From NCBI GenBank assembly GCA_951406725.2, contig OX597831.1, forward strand, positions 11,222,001 through 11,286,000: a DNA stretch of 64,000 bases, in the 5' to 3' direction. This DNA is from Octopus vulgaris (taxonomy: Eukaryota). Made by a program: the position numbers and the translations under genes. The notes under the pieces were generated by a model. It was not told the DNA's origin, ran no database searches, and was given only the letters and a program-made list of their open reading frames with translations. This document shows, one piece after another, positions 15,060 through 29,680 of this stretch (its first letter is position 1; each line of letters begins with the position of its first letter).

Positions 15060-15061
<2 letters not shown>
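14677..15061 (-). mobile_element. Isolated 5'-truncated Tx1-like LINE copy, second subfamily
   Basis: Encodes MARMNDEATLSIIL* plus the same 3'UTR; 3' end runs into (ATCT)n at 14620-14676; 5' end joins (TA)n. Confidence 0.88.
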
Positions 15062-15099
<38 letters not shown>

Positions 15100-15540
15100 T
15101 AATGAGAGAGAGAGAGAGATAGCTGACAAGCCACTTAATCTATTTATCTACCTATTACTGCCTACTAAATTCACTCACAAGACATTGGTCGGCCCGGAGA
15201 TATAGCTGAAGAAATTTTCTCAAGATGCTGCTCAGTTGGATCGAACTCGAAACCACGCGGGTGCAAAGTGAGCTTATGCAACAATATTAGAACAGTTTCT
15301 GTAACTCTTTGCTTTTTTTTTATTGTCTTAAATTCGAGACAGAATTTCAAACAATAAACACTTCTTCAAATTCCTTATTCAAAATCTGGCAAATCACCAA
15401 TTCTAATCAGGTGTAGATCGATAATTGCAATACTGGGTTCGATTTAACGGGTTACCCATTCCCTCTTCCTTTCAAAATTGCTATTCTTGCTCTTGAATGA
15501 AAAACAGACCAAAAGGCCAAGATTCCCCCACACATACATA

Positions 15541-15708
15541 CACTAGCGTAGCTAGAGCGTGTGCCGCTCGGGACGATCCTTCCATTTGCCACCCCTGGGC
15601 CCACAAAAAACACATATTGCCTATAGTAGACCCAAAGGTGGTGATCATTTAAAAGTGCCGCGTGGCGTGGACTTCCCCTACAGCCCCCACCCTGCAGCTA
15701 CACTAGTG
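15541..15708. mobile_element. hAT-like MITE
   Basis: TIRs CACTAGCGTAGCT / AGCTACACTAGTG; GC-rich subterminal sequence; imperfect 8-bp flank similarity (CATACATA / CACACATG). Confidence 0.6.
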
Positions 15709-16047
15709 CACACATGCGTACACATACAGCACTGCTATCGGGAGCAAGAGGGGCCGGCTGGTTGATGCGCTGGTTTAAAATGTTACTCCCTTTTTCTGGA
15801 CAAACCTTGTATTTTATAAATAAAACCAGACGCAGTTTATTGACGCCCAACGACAGCGATTCCAAGTTTTATTTTTAGATCTTTTATGAAACTCGTTTCT
15901 GCATTTCTTTCAGTCATTGTTTCTTTTCTTTTTTTCTTTTCTTCTTCTCTCTCTTCCTTCTCCTCACATTCAGATCCTTATTTTCTCTTTTTACTTCTCA
16001 CACACATACCTCAGCCTTTTTCCTTTTTCCCTTGTTCAGCCTTTCTG

Positions 16048-16102
<55 letters not shown>

Positions 16103-17115
16103 ATATATATATATATTTGTCTGTCTGCCTGCCTGTCAGTCAGTCTATCTATCTATCACCCTCTCCTCATTCCCCCATCTACCTCGTCTTTCTTCCTCTT
16201 CATAAAGATAAACATTCTCTGTCTCTATCTTCGTCTCTCTCTCTCTCTCTCTCTCTCCCTCACTCTTTCTCTTCTTTGTTCTTTTTCTTTCCTTCATAGA
16301 CGTATTCCCTTTTACTCTTCCGTCTCCTCTCCTTTCTCACTACTCTCCTCTCACTACTCTCTTCCTTCCTCTATATCTAACCTAATCACTACCACGTTTC
16401 TACCCACAACATTTCTCTACCTACCTACCTACCTACCTACCTACCTATCCACCCTCTTACCCCCCACCCAACCCTTATTAATCGATGCCCCTATGCTGTC
16501 AATAATGAACACAGATGGGCAGAGCACAACCCTAACATTATTTTTTAAAATAAAATAAAATAAAAAACACATAAAAACAAGCCCGTCCTCCCCCTCACTT
16601 CATCTTACTTTCACTTTCACTTTCATTTTGCTCTTATACTCACCCATCATCCGACCCTCCCCCCTTTCCCCTCACTACCTCCGTTAACCCATTTCTTCTT
16701 CTCTCGCTATGACAAAAACCTATCATCTCCCTCGCTTCATCCTCTTCAGCCCCGTCCTCATCACCTCATCACTTCACATACCACCTCCACCCATTCTAAC
16801 AACAAACACAACATAACGATTAAATAAATAAATAAATATATAAAACGATATGTTTTTAAAGAAAAAAAATAGATAAAACAAAGATGGGGGATAGCTAAAG
16901 CAGAAAGAACGGCAACAGCAACAGCAGCGACGCATTCCCCTCGAGGGGTTTCATTCTCGTTCCTGACTGATATTACCCACAGTTCCTAGCGGCTGCTGGT
17001 GCTACTGCTGGTGGTCACGTGCCGTATCCATCTGTGAGTAGATTGACCTCAAACGTAAACAGTCGATTAAATAGCCATTTTGCTTGTTTGCCCAACACAC
17101 ACACATATACACACG

Positions 17116-17161
<46 letters not shown>

Positions 17162-17767
17162 TACGCATGCGTTCCCTAGCACACTGTCACAGATGCACAA
17201 GAACACGTTCACACACATGAAAGCGCATGCACTAATGTGCACACACACACACACGTGCACACAGAAACGGGGGACACGCACACACACACACGTACACACA
17301 TAGACACACGCGAGCGTGCCCATACATACATCTGCACTCACGCACGCACACATAAAAATACACAGACATACACGCACGCCCACTAGCACGTGACACACAC
17401 ACAAATACACATATACAAACCTTCATACAGGCACAAGCACGTACACACACACATACACAGACCCACAAATCTGCACATACACAGACACACAAAAACTTTC
17501 ATACACGCATACTCACACGTACACACTCTCACGGCTACAGAAACACACCGGAACGCATGCGTGCATACAGACGAAAGCACACACACACACACACACATAT
17601 ACACACGCGCATACACTTTTCCGTTCTCACACCCACCCTTCTACCCCATCTCCCTACCCCGCTCTTTCATTCTCTCTTTGTCTCTCTCCATTACGTATGT
17701 TCAAATGTACATATGTTTACATTCTGCTTCGCTTATATTTACACTCACACACACACTCACACACACA

Positions 17768-17839
<72 letters not shown>

Positions 17840-18359
17840 TTCATCAAAATTTAGATTCAGATGAATATTGTACTTAAGTTAAAGGCACCAGAATTTTGTA
17901 TGGTATTATCCATATAAATCAAATGGGGTGATTATAATCAAAATAAGCAACAAGGATATCCAAGGTAGAGTAGTACAATTGTTTCATGCTACTTCATTTT
18001 ATTAAACACTGTAAGTATTACATCAGTTTTAAAATGTCGAGCAATCTTCAGCCACATATAGAATTTTCCAATTAAACGGACAATGCAAATGAAATAGGGA
18101 TAAGAATGTACATTGTGCGTTTATATGTAAACACATTAAATAACTAGTGTATGGGATGACATTCAATGTGCGTGCGGAGGTGCAGAAATACATTTGGTTC
18201 CAGGGAGCGTAGTAAACCTACTGAGTGTTAGGGACTCTTAGCCTTTGCTACAACGGACGTAAAATCTGCGGTTTCATGTGATTACTAATCATCTCGTTCC
18301 TGTACTAAGCATAGGAACTCGAAGATGGGAACTGTTGTTGTACAAGCGTTTGTCACTTT

Positions 18360-19125
18360 AATCCAATGACTTAATATGGTCTTTTTTCTTCTTCAGCTAC
18401 AACTTTCGTTTGTCGTTTCTGAAGTCTAAATAAGTTTTACATCTTTTCAAACACAAGACGACGGAGAAACAAAAATGCTCATTTTCGGTACTTTTGCTTT
18501 CAATCAAGATTCCGAAGCCGTCAATGCTGCTCCAGATATTTGTGTTGTGTACAGAGAAGGTGGGGGCTATTACTGAAATAGAAAAAAAAAAAACTCCACA
18601 GAAATGGTTTTCACGCATGATGATGGGGAGTAGAAGAATCTGACCTCACACACTGTCTGCGCTCTGGCCGATCTGTTCAGTCCGTTAGGGGATTTGCCTA
18701 ACAATCGGATGCTCTAATAATACTGTCAACTCTCACCTTTACTCGATGGCTAAAGTCTAAAAGCTCGGTGCATGGTTGCCACAATTCCTGAAAGACCATC
18801 GGAGTCGAAGGTGTTGAAGAATGCTTTTCAAGAGCTGAGATGCCAAGTCCACCGCGCCCACTGTCTTCTGATGATGTGACACTTAACACTATTATCTTTT
18901 ACGGTTGCTCTCCAACAGTCTGTGAGGCAACTCGTTCAACAATAATGGGAAACTGAAGACGTAGATCGATGTAATTTTGTAGTCCAGACGCGATCATTTC
19001 TTCCGTCAAGGCATTGCTACAATGGTGGAACGCTCGAACGAAACTGTAAACGATGTTGGAGAATACACTTTGTCATATTCTCTCGTTAACGAAAAATAAG
19101 GAATGAGATAAATGGAAAAACAACC
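18360..19125 (+). mobile_element. Decayed, internally deleted mariner transposon
   Basis: N-terminal HFRYFAFNQDSEAVNAAPDICVVYREG; YYLLRLLSNSL*GNSFNNNGKLKT in the degenerate post-YSPDL region; C-terminal FFRQGIATMVER..GEY. Confidence 0.7.
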
Positions 19126-19128
19126 ATG

Positions 19129-19186
<58 letters not shown>

Positions 19187-19297
19187 TTAATCATATCAAA
19201 AGGGAAATGGAATTTATTTAAATTTAAAATATTCAATCAAAATTTACATTTCCAGTGGTCTAACGTGCAAAACATTTGTCAAAAAGACTATATATTA

Positions 19298-19454
19298 ATT
19301 ATACGATAGTGTATATTTATACACATAACGAATCTACACCTAGGGTGAACATTCAGCGCATTAGGGAGCCACAAATTTTGTGGCTCTCTAATGCGCTGAA
19401 TCTTCACCCTAAGTGTAGATTCTTTATGTGTATAAGTTTACACTATCGTATAAT
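19298..19454. repeat. Near-perfect 157-bp palindrome centred at 19376
   Basis: attatacgatagtgta...ggagccacaaa-t-tttgtggctct...tacactatcgtataat; few mismatches. Confidence 0.9.
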
Positions 19455-19921
19455 ATATATATATATATATATATATAATCATTATTTCACTCCCCTACGA
19501 CAAAACTACGAATTTTTTTTCGGCAGTATTATGTTGTGACGCACATAGTAAAAAATTTGGAGGGAAATACGAATTCACTCGTCTATATAAATGTGGATAT
19601 CCTGATTAGCTTTTATATGTTCTGATGGCGCTTGGTCAGAAATATAAAGAGCAAGTTTTCCTAGCATCTTCAGATTTATTTATCGAAATATTATGTTAAT
19701 AACGGAAATGAACCTTATGATTCTAATCCACAAACGCGTCCATAATTAATCGAGGACTGTTTGATTTCATTATTTTTCTTCTTTTTGCCATGTGTGAGTT
19801 ACAAATATTGTTGTCTGTGGAGACTTATTTTTGTAGTAAAAGAAAATAGTAGTCTTTTGGCTGCTATTTCTAAAATTTTCGGTATGTGTTCAAGCATCTT
19901 GTTGCTAAACTCTTATTGTTA

Positions 19922-19977
<56 letters not shown>

Positions 19978-20117
19978 GAATTTACAAAAATGAAAAACAA
20001 AAAAACGTAAACGGGTGTGTAAACAACAAACAGATGTATTTGTATGTATGTATGTATGCGTATATAAGTATATATACACAAATATGTATATTTATTTATA
20101 TATATATTTGCATATAT

Positions 20118-20361
20118 GTGGAGGCGCAATGATCGTAGGATCGCGGTTTCGATTCTCAGTGAATGTTTATTGAGCGAAAACACCTAAAAGCTCCAGGACG
20201 CTCCGGCAGGGGGTGGTGATCCCTGCTGTACTCTTTCTCCCACTCTTTCTTCTGTTGGCCTGCTCGCTTAGCCAGCGGGATGGCTAAAACAATGCGAACG
20301 CATTGTGACCAGCGATGTGTAACAACATCTGATAGTCTGGTCGGTCACGTGATCACGTGAT
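20118..20361 (+). mobile_element. Family C SINE (internally deleted) with a third 3' tail ending CACGTGAT x2
   Basis: Shared head and body (gtttattgagcgaaaacaccta..gatccctgctgtactcttt); distinct tail. Confidence 0.8.
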
Positions 20362-20408
20362 TTACATATATATATATGTATATGTATATATATACATATA
20401 TATATATA

Positions 20409-20451
<43 letters not shown>

Positions 20452-20653
20452 TATATGTATTATATACACATATGTATTATATATATATATATATATATAT
20501 ATACATAATGTGTGTATGTGTGTGCATACGTTATTGATTGATAGTATATGGCTCGTAAAATTGAGAGAGGACAATAAAGTAGCGAATATCGTGACAGCAG
20601 GAATAGAATGAAGGGGAGAAGTGAAATGAAAAAGGTAAGAGTAAGTAAGGGAG

Positions 20654-20700
<47 letters not shown>

Positions 20701-21094
20701 AAAAGGAGGCCAGGATTGAAAGAGGAAAAGGTTTGAAGATGTAGAAAGGAACTGATGAAAGGAACGCTGACTGATACTGGTGTCTATGAAAGAGAGGGCG
20801 ATAGTATAGCAGAAAGAGGGGAAGAGAGAGAATAGTAAATATATAAGGAGTGAGATAGCTATGGAAAGATGGGGGAATGAATGATAATTGATGGAAGATT
20901 GAAGACTAATACAAGATTGAAGATTAACACGGCCGGAGCCTCTTAGAAACGGCGTTAATTTACGAGTAAAAAATTCCAGACTCCCAAGTGTAGAGATCGA
21001 CAAAGTAAATTTGAGACTCGAATATGTACTCTGCGTCTTGAAGATAAGACCCCAAATTAGTAACCATCTAATGACAGGAACCAGTAAACACGCA

Positions 21095-21133
<39 letters not shown>

Positions 21134-21883
21134 ACACACACACACACACACTCACACAGAGTCACACATACATACACACACATTCATGCATTCTTATATA
21201 TTTGAAAAGAATTAAATAATGAAAACTTAACGAAATTTTAAAAGAAAACAGAACAACACGGGCGTATTTGAAGAACTGAAGCCAAGGAAAGCGCTTACAC
21301 ACAAAACTACTCTTCCATCAGGCTTGTGTTAGTCTGGTTTTTGTCTTGTTGATATCTTTTGAAGTTTTTTAATTAAATTTCTTTTCAAACATTGGATAGT
21401 GTTATAAAATTTTTCACACACGCACTCATATACAGTGAGAGAAAGATAGAAGCACGCACAAGCATATATGAAAAAAAAGAAACAGACAGATTGAGAGATA
21501 GACTGGCGAGGAGGAAGGACAGCCAGCGAGTGAAAGAAATGGATAGATAGAGGGAGAACGAGAGGGAGGGAGGAAGAGAGACAGATAAAGTGAAAGAATG
21601 GCCAAAGATGGGAAATGGGTGATAGAAAGATAAAAACAAAAGATGTATTGAAAACTATAAAGATCAATGTTACTGTCTTCTTGGACGGTGAAAAAAAATG
21701 GTGGAGGAAACAAAATGAGAATAAATAAATAAATAAATAAATAAAGTATGGTAGGGAATGATAGAAATATGATGTGTGAGAAAGGTGGAACAAGATAAAA
21801 GGTGACAGTGTGATTGTAGACGGGCGTTAAATGGTCAAAAGTGAAGAAGAAATGCAGATAGGGAAGAGAGAGACAGAGAGAGA

Positions 21884-21940
<57 letters not shown>

Positions 21941-22068
21941 GCAGAAAGGCAGACAGATGTCCAGAGTGACAAGATGTTAAGACAGCTTGTTATGTAGGGT
22001 TGGGTAAATATATGTTATCACCCTCTTCCGCGCTCTCTCTCTCTTTAATTTATGTCCGTCTATCTCTA

Positions 22069-22099
<31 letters not shown>

Positions 22100-22110
22100 A
22101 CTCATATATA

Positions 22111-22152
<42 letters not shown>

Positions 22153-22196
22153 ATGTATGTATATATATATATATATATATATGTACATGTATACAT

Positions 22197-22231
<35 letters not shown>

Positions 22232-22395
22232 AGATATAGATATGGATATACATATATATCTGTGTATGTATATATATGTATATACGTGTGTATATATATA
22301 TAGGCATGTATGTAGGTGTATATATATATATATATATTTACATACACAAATGCGTATGCAAGTAAATATAAACACACTCACGCACGCACATGCAC

Positions 22396-22430
<35 letters not shown>

Positions 22431-22912
22431 CACACATACGCATACGCATACACTCACGTCTATAGACAGGCAGATAAGCAAGACAGTTACATCTGTATGC
22501 GCGCGCGCGTCTATATTTCTCTGCCTATGTGTGCGTATGTTTGCGAGTGTGTATAAGAGTGATAGGTGATTGATGTAGCTGATTAGCCTCTCCACCCTGT
22601 ACCATCACCACTACCACTACTACCACTTCCAACCAGGACTCCCACCAATGAAAAAAGCCACCCAATTCATTCGCTGTTCTTCTCAAATTTACACCACAAA
22701 AAAAAAGAAAATGGCTGCTTTTTTATTTTTTGTTATTTTGGGGACGTTTCTTTTGAGTCCCCGTTCTTTGTATATGTTTAAGGGGTTAAATTAAGGAGTT
22801 GTCTTTATTATGGTCGCCAACTGAGGGTGTGAAGGTGGAGTAGAAAAAGGGTGGAGTAAAGATGGTATTAGATAAATACTTCTGAATTGGCAGACGTTCA
22901 GGGTGGCGAACG

Positions 22913-22970
<58 letters not shown>

Positions 22971-23187
22971 TGGTGTGATGTACCTTTGGCGATTCTTATT
23001 TGAAAGATGATTGTTCATTTATTTCTGCGGATTTGTGTGTGGGTGTGTATGAGAGAGAGAGCGAGAGGCAAAAAGAGAGAGTTACTCTGGGTATGTATAT
23101 GTGTGACAGAGTTGATGTGTGTATATGTGTGTGTGTGTGTGTGTGACAAAAATAGTGAGAGAAAGTTGCTGTGTGAGAGAGAGTTTG

Positions 23188-23247
<60 letters not shown>

Positions 23248-23599
23248 GGAGAGAGATAGAAAGAGAGGGTAGAGAGAATTACTCTGCCTGTGTAAGTGGA
23301 TGAGTGACAGGAACCAAACGTATTTCATGGCATATAAAACACACTTTTCTCTAAAAAAAAACATCACCCCGGGTTCAGTATGAGAGGTTAGGCCTTCCAT
23401 AAATTAATATTGTCCCTGACGCTCATTTCTACAGACTAATTTTAATCCAAAGACCTCTCCTACCCAGACTAACTCCATATGTTTTCTACTGTTAACTTGT
23501 CTTATTTTTTCCTTATAAAATAATAGTTAATTGCTATAGTTAAGATTCCTTCGTAATATTTCGTAATTTGCAGCTAGATTGCTTTAAATATTGGTTTTA

Positions 23600-24020
23600 A
23601 ATTTTGGCACAAGGCCAGCAAATTCGGGGAAGTATCAAAGTCGATTACACCAACCTTGCTGCTCAACTGGTACTTATTTCATGTACCGCGAAAGGATGGA
23701 AAGCAAAGTCAACCTCGGCAGAATTCGAACGCAGAAACGTAAAAACGAACGGAATGTCGCTAAGCATTTTGTCCCGCGTGCTAACGATTCCGACAGTTCG
23801 CAACTTTAAGTATTAGGTACGTTTCTTTTCTACTCCAGGGACAAGGCCCGAAATTTTGGGGGAGGGGGACAGTCGATTAGATCGACCCCAATACGCAACT
23901 GGTACTTAATTTATCGACCCCGAAAAGATGAAAGGCAAAGTTGATCTCGGCGGAATTTGAACTCAGAACGTAAAGACAGACGATATACCGCTAAGCATTT
24001 CGCCCGGCCTGCTAAAGTTT
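23600..24020 (-). mobile_element. Two tandem family A SINEs (alternative tail)
   Basis: Reverse complement of the family A sequence at 23600-23800 and 23822-24020. Confidence 0.8.
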
Positions 24021-24344
24021 TTGCAAATGAAATAAAATGCCTCTTACTTTAAGAAGTGTTTAATCATTGAAAGATTGAGATAATATAAAAACAGAAATAG
24101 GAGATGCGTTTAAAATAATATCTTTTCCTGATGACTACATTTTCACCAAGTTGCAAATATTAGATCAACTGTTATATTTCAAGTTAATTTTCTATAAACT
24201 CGAACGTGTGTAGCTATCGTTTACATTCGCCGACTTCTAAGTACTGTTTTATTAAAGCGTTCTATATGGTTGTCGTTCTCAACTTCCATTTTGTTTGTTT
24301 TAAAAGTTCTCACTGGTTGGCGTGTTTATAATACTTAAGTTGCG

Positions 24345-24950
24345 AAGGTGGCAATCTGGCAGAAACATTAGCACGTCGGGCGAAATGCTTAGTGATATTT
24401 TCTCTTTACGTTTTGAGTTCAAATTCCGCCGAGGTCGACTTTGCTTTTCATCCTTTCGAGTCGATAAATAAAGTACCAGTTACGCACTGGGGTCGATGTA
24501 ATCGACTTAATCCGCTTGTCCGTCCTTGTTTGTCCCCTCTGTGTGTAGCCCCTTGTGGGTAATAAAGAAACAGATATTTTGTGTCTTTACGTTCTGAGTT
24601 CAAATTCCGCCCAGGTCAACTTCGCCTTTCATCCTTTCGGGGTCGATTGAATAAGTACCAGTTATGCACTGGGGTCGATGCAATCGACTTTGTCTGACCT
24701 TGTTTGTCCCCTCTATGTTTAGCCCCTTGTGGGCAATAAAGAAATAAGAATCGTTAGCACGCCGGGCGTAAATGCTTAGCAGTATTTCGTCTGCCGTTAC
24801 GTTCTGAATTCAAATTCCACCAAGGTCGACTTTGCCCTTCATCCTTTCGAGTTCGATAAATTAAGTACCAGTTGCATACTGGGGTCGATCTAATCGACTG
24901 TTCCCTTCCACCAAAATTTCGGGCCTTGTGCCTAGAGTAGAAAAGATTAT
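24345..24950 (+). mobile_element. Three head-to-tail family A tRNA-SINE units; the first two end in the LINE-like tail, the third in an alternative tail
   Basis: B-box GTTCAAATTCC; central GCCTTTCATCCTTTCGGGGTCGATAAATTAAGTACCAG; tails ..GCCCCTTGTGGG(T/C)AATAAAGAAA and ..GGCCTTGTGCCTAGAGTAGAAAAG. Confidence 0.85.
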
Positions 24951-25397
24951 ACTTAAGTTGTCGATTGCTCTTCATTATAATTCATATCTCTTTAGTGATT
25001 GTTGAGTCATCGTTTTCCATTGGTCAGTTCGCTGGTTATTCCATTTCTGCTTGTCATGCGGACTGTTACACAAAGATGCCGTTCTAAAATTGTTTTTCTC
25101 TTTATCATTTTCCGTTGGACTACGCCTGCAAAAAGTGATATCCAAATAAGGAATGTTAAAAAAAATATTTTCAAATTATTATGTAATCGAAAAGCAGAGC
25201 ATTGAAAAGGGATAAATTGACACGATAAACCGAAAACAAAGAAAGAAAAATGCATATTGATAACAATTTGAAATAGAAGCAAAGCGCATCCGAATATAAG
25301 TCGACATGCGAAGATTGGAAGTAACTACGCATTGGCAAGTGAAAGGACAACAACCATAAAGAAAGTTTTGGGGGTCAATGAAGAAAAATGATCAATA

Positions 25398-25545
25398 TTT
25401 ATTTCCTTATTGCCCACATGGTGCTAAACATGGAGGGGACAAACAAGGATAGCCAAAGCGATTGGTACTTATTTAATCGATTCTGAAAGGATGAAACACA
25501 AATTCTACCATGGCAGAATTTGAACTCAGAACGTAACGGCAGACT
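25398..25545 (-). mobile_element. Family A SINE fragment with LINE-like tail
   Basis: ttattgcccacatggtgctaaacatggaggggacaaacaagg...gaatttgaactcagaacgt. Confidence 0.75.
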
Positions 25546-25564
25546 GATGTTTATATCTTTTATG

Positions 25565-25607
<43 letters not shown>

Positions 25608-25961
25608 CGGACTTCCACATATTTTCTACTCAATGCATTGGGCAGACATAGCATAAGAGACTTAACCAATGTGATGTGCAATGCGATCGAACCCGAAACT
25701 ACCCACCTAATTGCCTATTGAACTTCTTAACCACACGGCCATATGTATATGTATATATATGTGTATGTGTGTGTGTGCATGTGTGTGCACGCGTGTGTGC
25801 GTGGGTGTGTATTTACGTACATATGGCTGTGTGATTGTGTTTGCGAGTCTCCTCGCGACATAAGATACCTGACACGGCCGCTAACACAAACACATCCATA
25901 CAACAACCAAAGTAGAAGTATACATAATTAACCCTCAAAATTAGACAAGGGAACAAAAACA

Positions 25962-26025
<64 letters not shown>

Positions 26026-26596
26026 CTATAAAAATTATTAAGCAAAAATGATGTAAAAAAAAGTAATGATCTTTTTGAGCGAAGATCCTTTCTTTTCGCT
26101 TCTCTTATCTCCCTTTTTTTCCAATTCCTGCGAGATTACTTTCCTGACAATACCACCAAGACCAGTAAATGGCTAGAAAGAACTCTGCTATAAAAAAAAT
26201 TAGAGCCAGGAAATATAATATATAGAAAGGTAAATGAAGAAATATTGTAAATTACCTAATGGCGGCAGGAGAGGAATTGATAACGATCTGACGTCCATAT
26301 TTGTTGTTATTAATGGAGTCGGAGTATATGATGTGCCTCACAACTATGTCTCTCTGTCATTCTGTTAGTCTGTCTCCCTCTGTCAGCTTGGTTGGATCTC
26401 TTCCCCCCCTCTCTCTCTCTCGTCTTCTCTCTTTTTCTCAATTACCTTGACTATCGCTCACTCTGTAAATGCGTTTGTGTGTGTGCGCGTGTACCTATAC
26501 ATGTGGGTGTTTGTGATTGCGTTTGTATGTATGAACGAATAGAGATGTAGATATATAAAGGAGCACGTGATCACATAAATGTATGCACGTATGGAC

Positions 26597-26639
<43 letters not shown>

Positions 26640-26941
26640 TATATGCATACACGCTACGTATATTTATGTTTTATATATATGCATACATACATACATACAT
26701 ATGTGTGTGTGCAATTATGCAAATGGAAGCATAGCACACACACATACACACATAAACGCACACACATATATATATATGATAAAATGTATATATGATATAT
26801 TAGTGTGTCTCAATATAAAACATTTCCATATACATAGCCTTTCTCACATGGATATATGCATGGTTACGTATATAAAAATGTATGCGAAAACATATGAAAG
26901 CATACACACATATACACACACCAATACATATATACATACAT

Positions 26942-26972
<31 letters not shown>

Positions 26973-26976
26973 CATA

Positions 26977-27028
<52 letters not shown>

Positions 27029-27191
27029 TATTTTATAGACATATACATACATATATATATATACATACATATATGTATATACACATATATATATGTATAT
27101 GTCTATACATATATGTGTATATATATATATATATGTAAATATATGGGTACATATGTATGTATGGACGTACGTACGTATGTATGTATGTATG

Positions 27192-27222
<31 letters not shown>

Positions 27223-27980
27223 GCATGTATGTATGTATGTATGTACGTATGTATGTATGCATGTATGTGTTTTTGTAGGTATGTATGTATGTATGTATGT
27301 ATATATGTATGTATGTATGTATGTACGTATGTATGTATGTATGTAAGTACTCAGACATATGCTTTGGTCCCTTCTCCAACATGGCTGCCTGACGAACTTA
27401 CGGGATTTTTTTCAGGTAGGGAAACTGCAAGTAGCCGTCGGCTCAGTTCCAGTCGGATAAATTAAATAAATACAATAGATACTCCATTTTACGCTACTAA
27501 GGATTGGTTTTTCTTTTTTTTCCATCCTTTGCTACTATTAACGGCCCCATATCTCCCCCCTTCCGACACATGTATATACATATGTTGCGTTGTGGTTGTA
27601 GTTGTCGTTGTTGTTGTCGGAGGAAGTATTCCTTATCGCAGTCAGATAACTAAGGCAGCCATTGTTAAAATATTCATACCACATCGCAGTTAATATTATA
27701 TCCGTCTGGCGGTCAATAGATTTTCAAGTGTATTCCAATACCAATGGAGCCAATTAATCATAGCATTTTTTCTTTTTGTCTTTTTTGTTGTTGTTGTCTT
27801 TTTAGTTTGTTTTCTTTTCCTCGTGTTCCTTGTCAGGCGAACACGCACACGCACACGCATACATATATACACCTTATACATACATAAATTCACACACACA
27901 CACACATATTGAGACTGACGCCGATACAGGTATGCATGCATATATGTCTTTATGTATATAAACATATATATATCTATATA

Positions 27981-28014
<34 letters not shown>

Positions 28015-28226
28015 CATATATATACACACACACACATATATATATAGACATAACATATATATATACATATATATACACACATATATATATATAGACATAT
28101 ATATGTATATATGTGTATATATATGTGTACGTATTTATATGTATGTATGTAAGTATGTATGTATATATGCGTGCATATTTGTATATATATGTATATATAT
28201 GTATATATATATGTGTGTGTGTGTAT

Positions 28227-28258
<32 letters not shown>

Positions 28259-28539
28259 TTACACACACACACACATACACACACATACACATATATATAT
28301 ATAGGTGTGTGTTTGTATGTATGCGTGCACATATCAGGATGTCTGTCGTTATATCTATGGGTGTCTATCTCAACACATACATTCTTATATATCTTTGTAT
28401 ACAGCGACGCAAGTTAGTCGCCTGACTAGAAGTACAAGAGAGAAAAAATAATAATAATGTGTGATTAATTCATGCCAATACTTTTTAGGCACACTAGCCA
28501 ATGCATATGTGCCAGTGTGTGAGTGCTTGTGTGCATACG

Positions 28540-29680
28540 TGTACATACATGCATACACACATATATACACACATACATACATACATAAATACATACATAC
28601 ACACATATATACACTTATACATGCATACATTCACACATACACGCAAACATACATACATAAACACATACATACACACATATATACTTACATAAATACATAC
28701 ATATATACACACGCACGCACGCACGCACACACATACACACACACATACATAAATACATACATACATACATACATACATATACACACACACATATATACAT
28801 GCATACATACATACATCCACTCACACATACATACATACATACATGCATACATACATACATACATGCATACATACATACATACATACGTACATACACACAT
28901 ACATACATACATACATGCATGCATACATACATACATGCATACATACATACATACATACACACACACATACATACATACATACATGCATACATACATACAT
29001 ACTCACATACATACATACACACACATACATACATACATACTTACATACATACATACATACATACATAAATACATTCATACATACATACATACATCCATAC
29101 ATGCAAACACACACACATACATATATACATACATACACCCAAACATGCATACATACACCCATACATGCATACATTCACACATACACAGAAACATACATAC
29201 ATAAATACATACATACATGCATACATACATGCATACATACATGCATACACACATACATACTTACATACATACATACATGCATACATTCACACATACACAC
29301 AAACATACATACATACATACATGCATACATACATACATATATTCATACATACACACACACATATATACACACATACATGCATACATACATGCATGCATGC
29401 ATGCATGCATGCATGCATACATACATACATACATACATACATACATACATACATACATACATACATACATACATACATACATACATACATACATACATAC
29501 ATACATACATACATACATCCATACATACATACATACATACATACATACATACATACATACATACATACATACATACATACATACATACATACATACATAC
29601 ATACATACATACATACATACATACACACATAGATACATACATACATACATACACACATACATACATACACACATACATAC
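28540..29680 (+). repeat. (CATA)n/(CATG)n microsatellite, ~1.1 kb
   Basis: Direct reading. Confidence 0.95.

Noticed and set aside
24345-24950. CRISPR-like repeat array
   Set aside because: Eukaryotic context; units are 170-230 bp SINE copies without unique spacers or cas genes.
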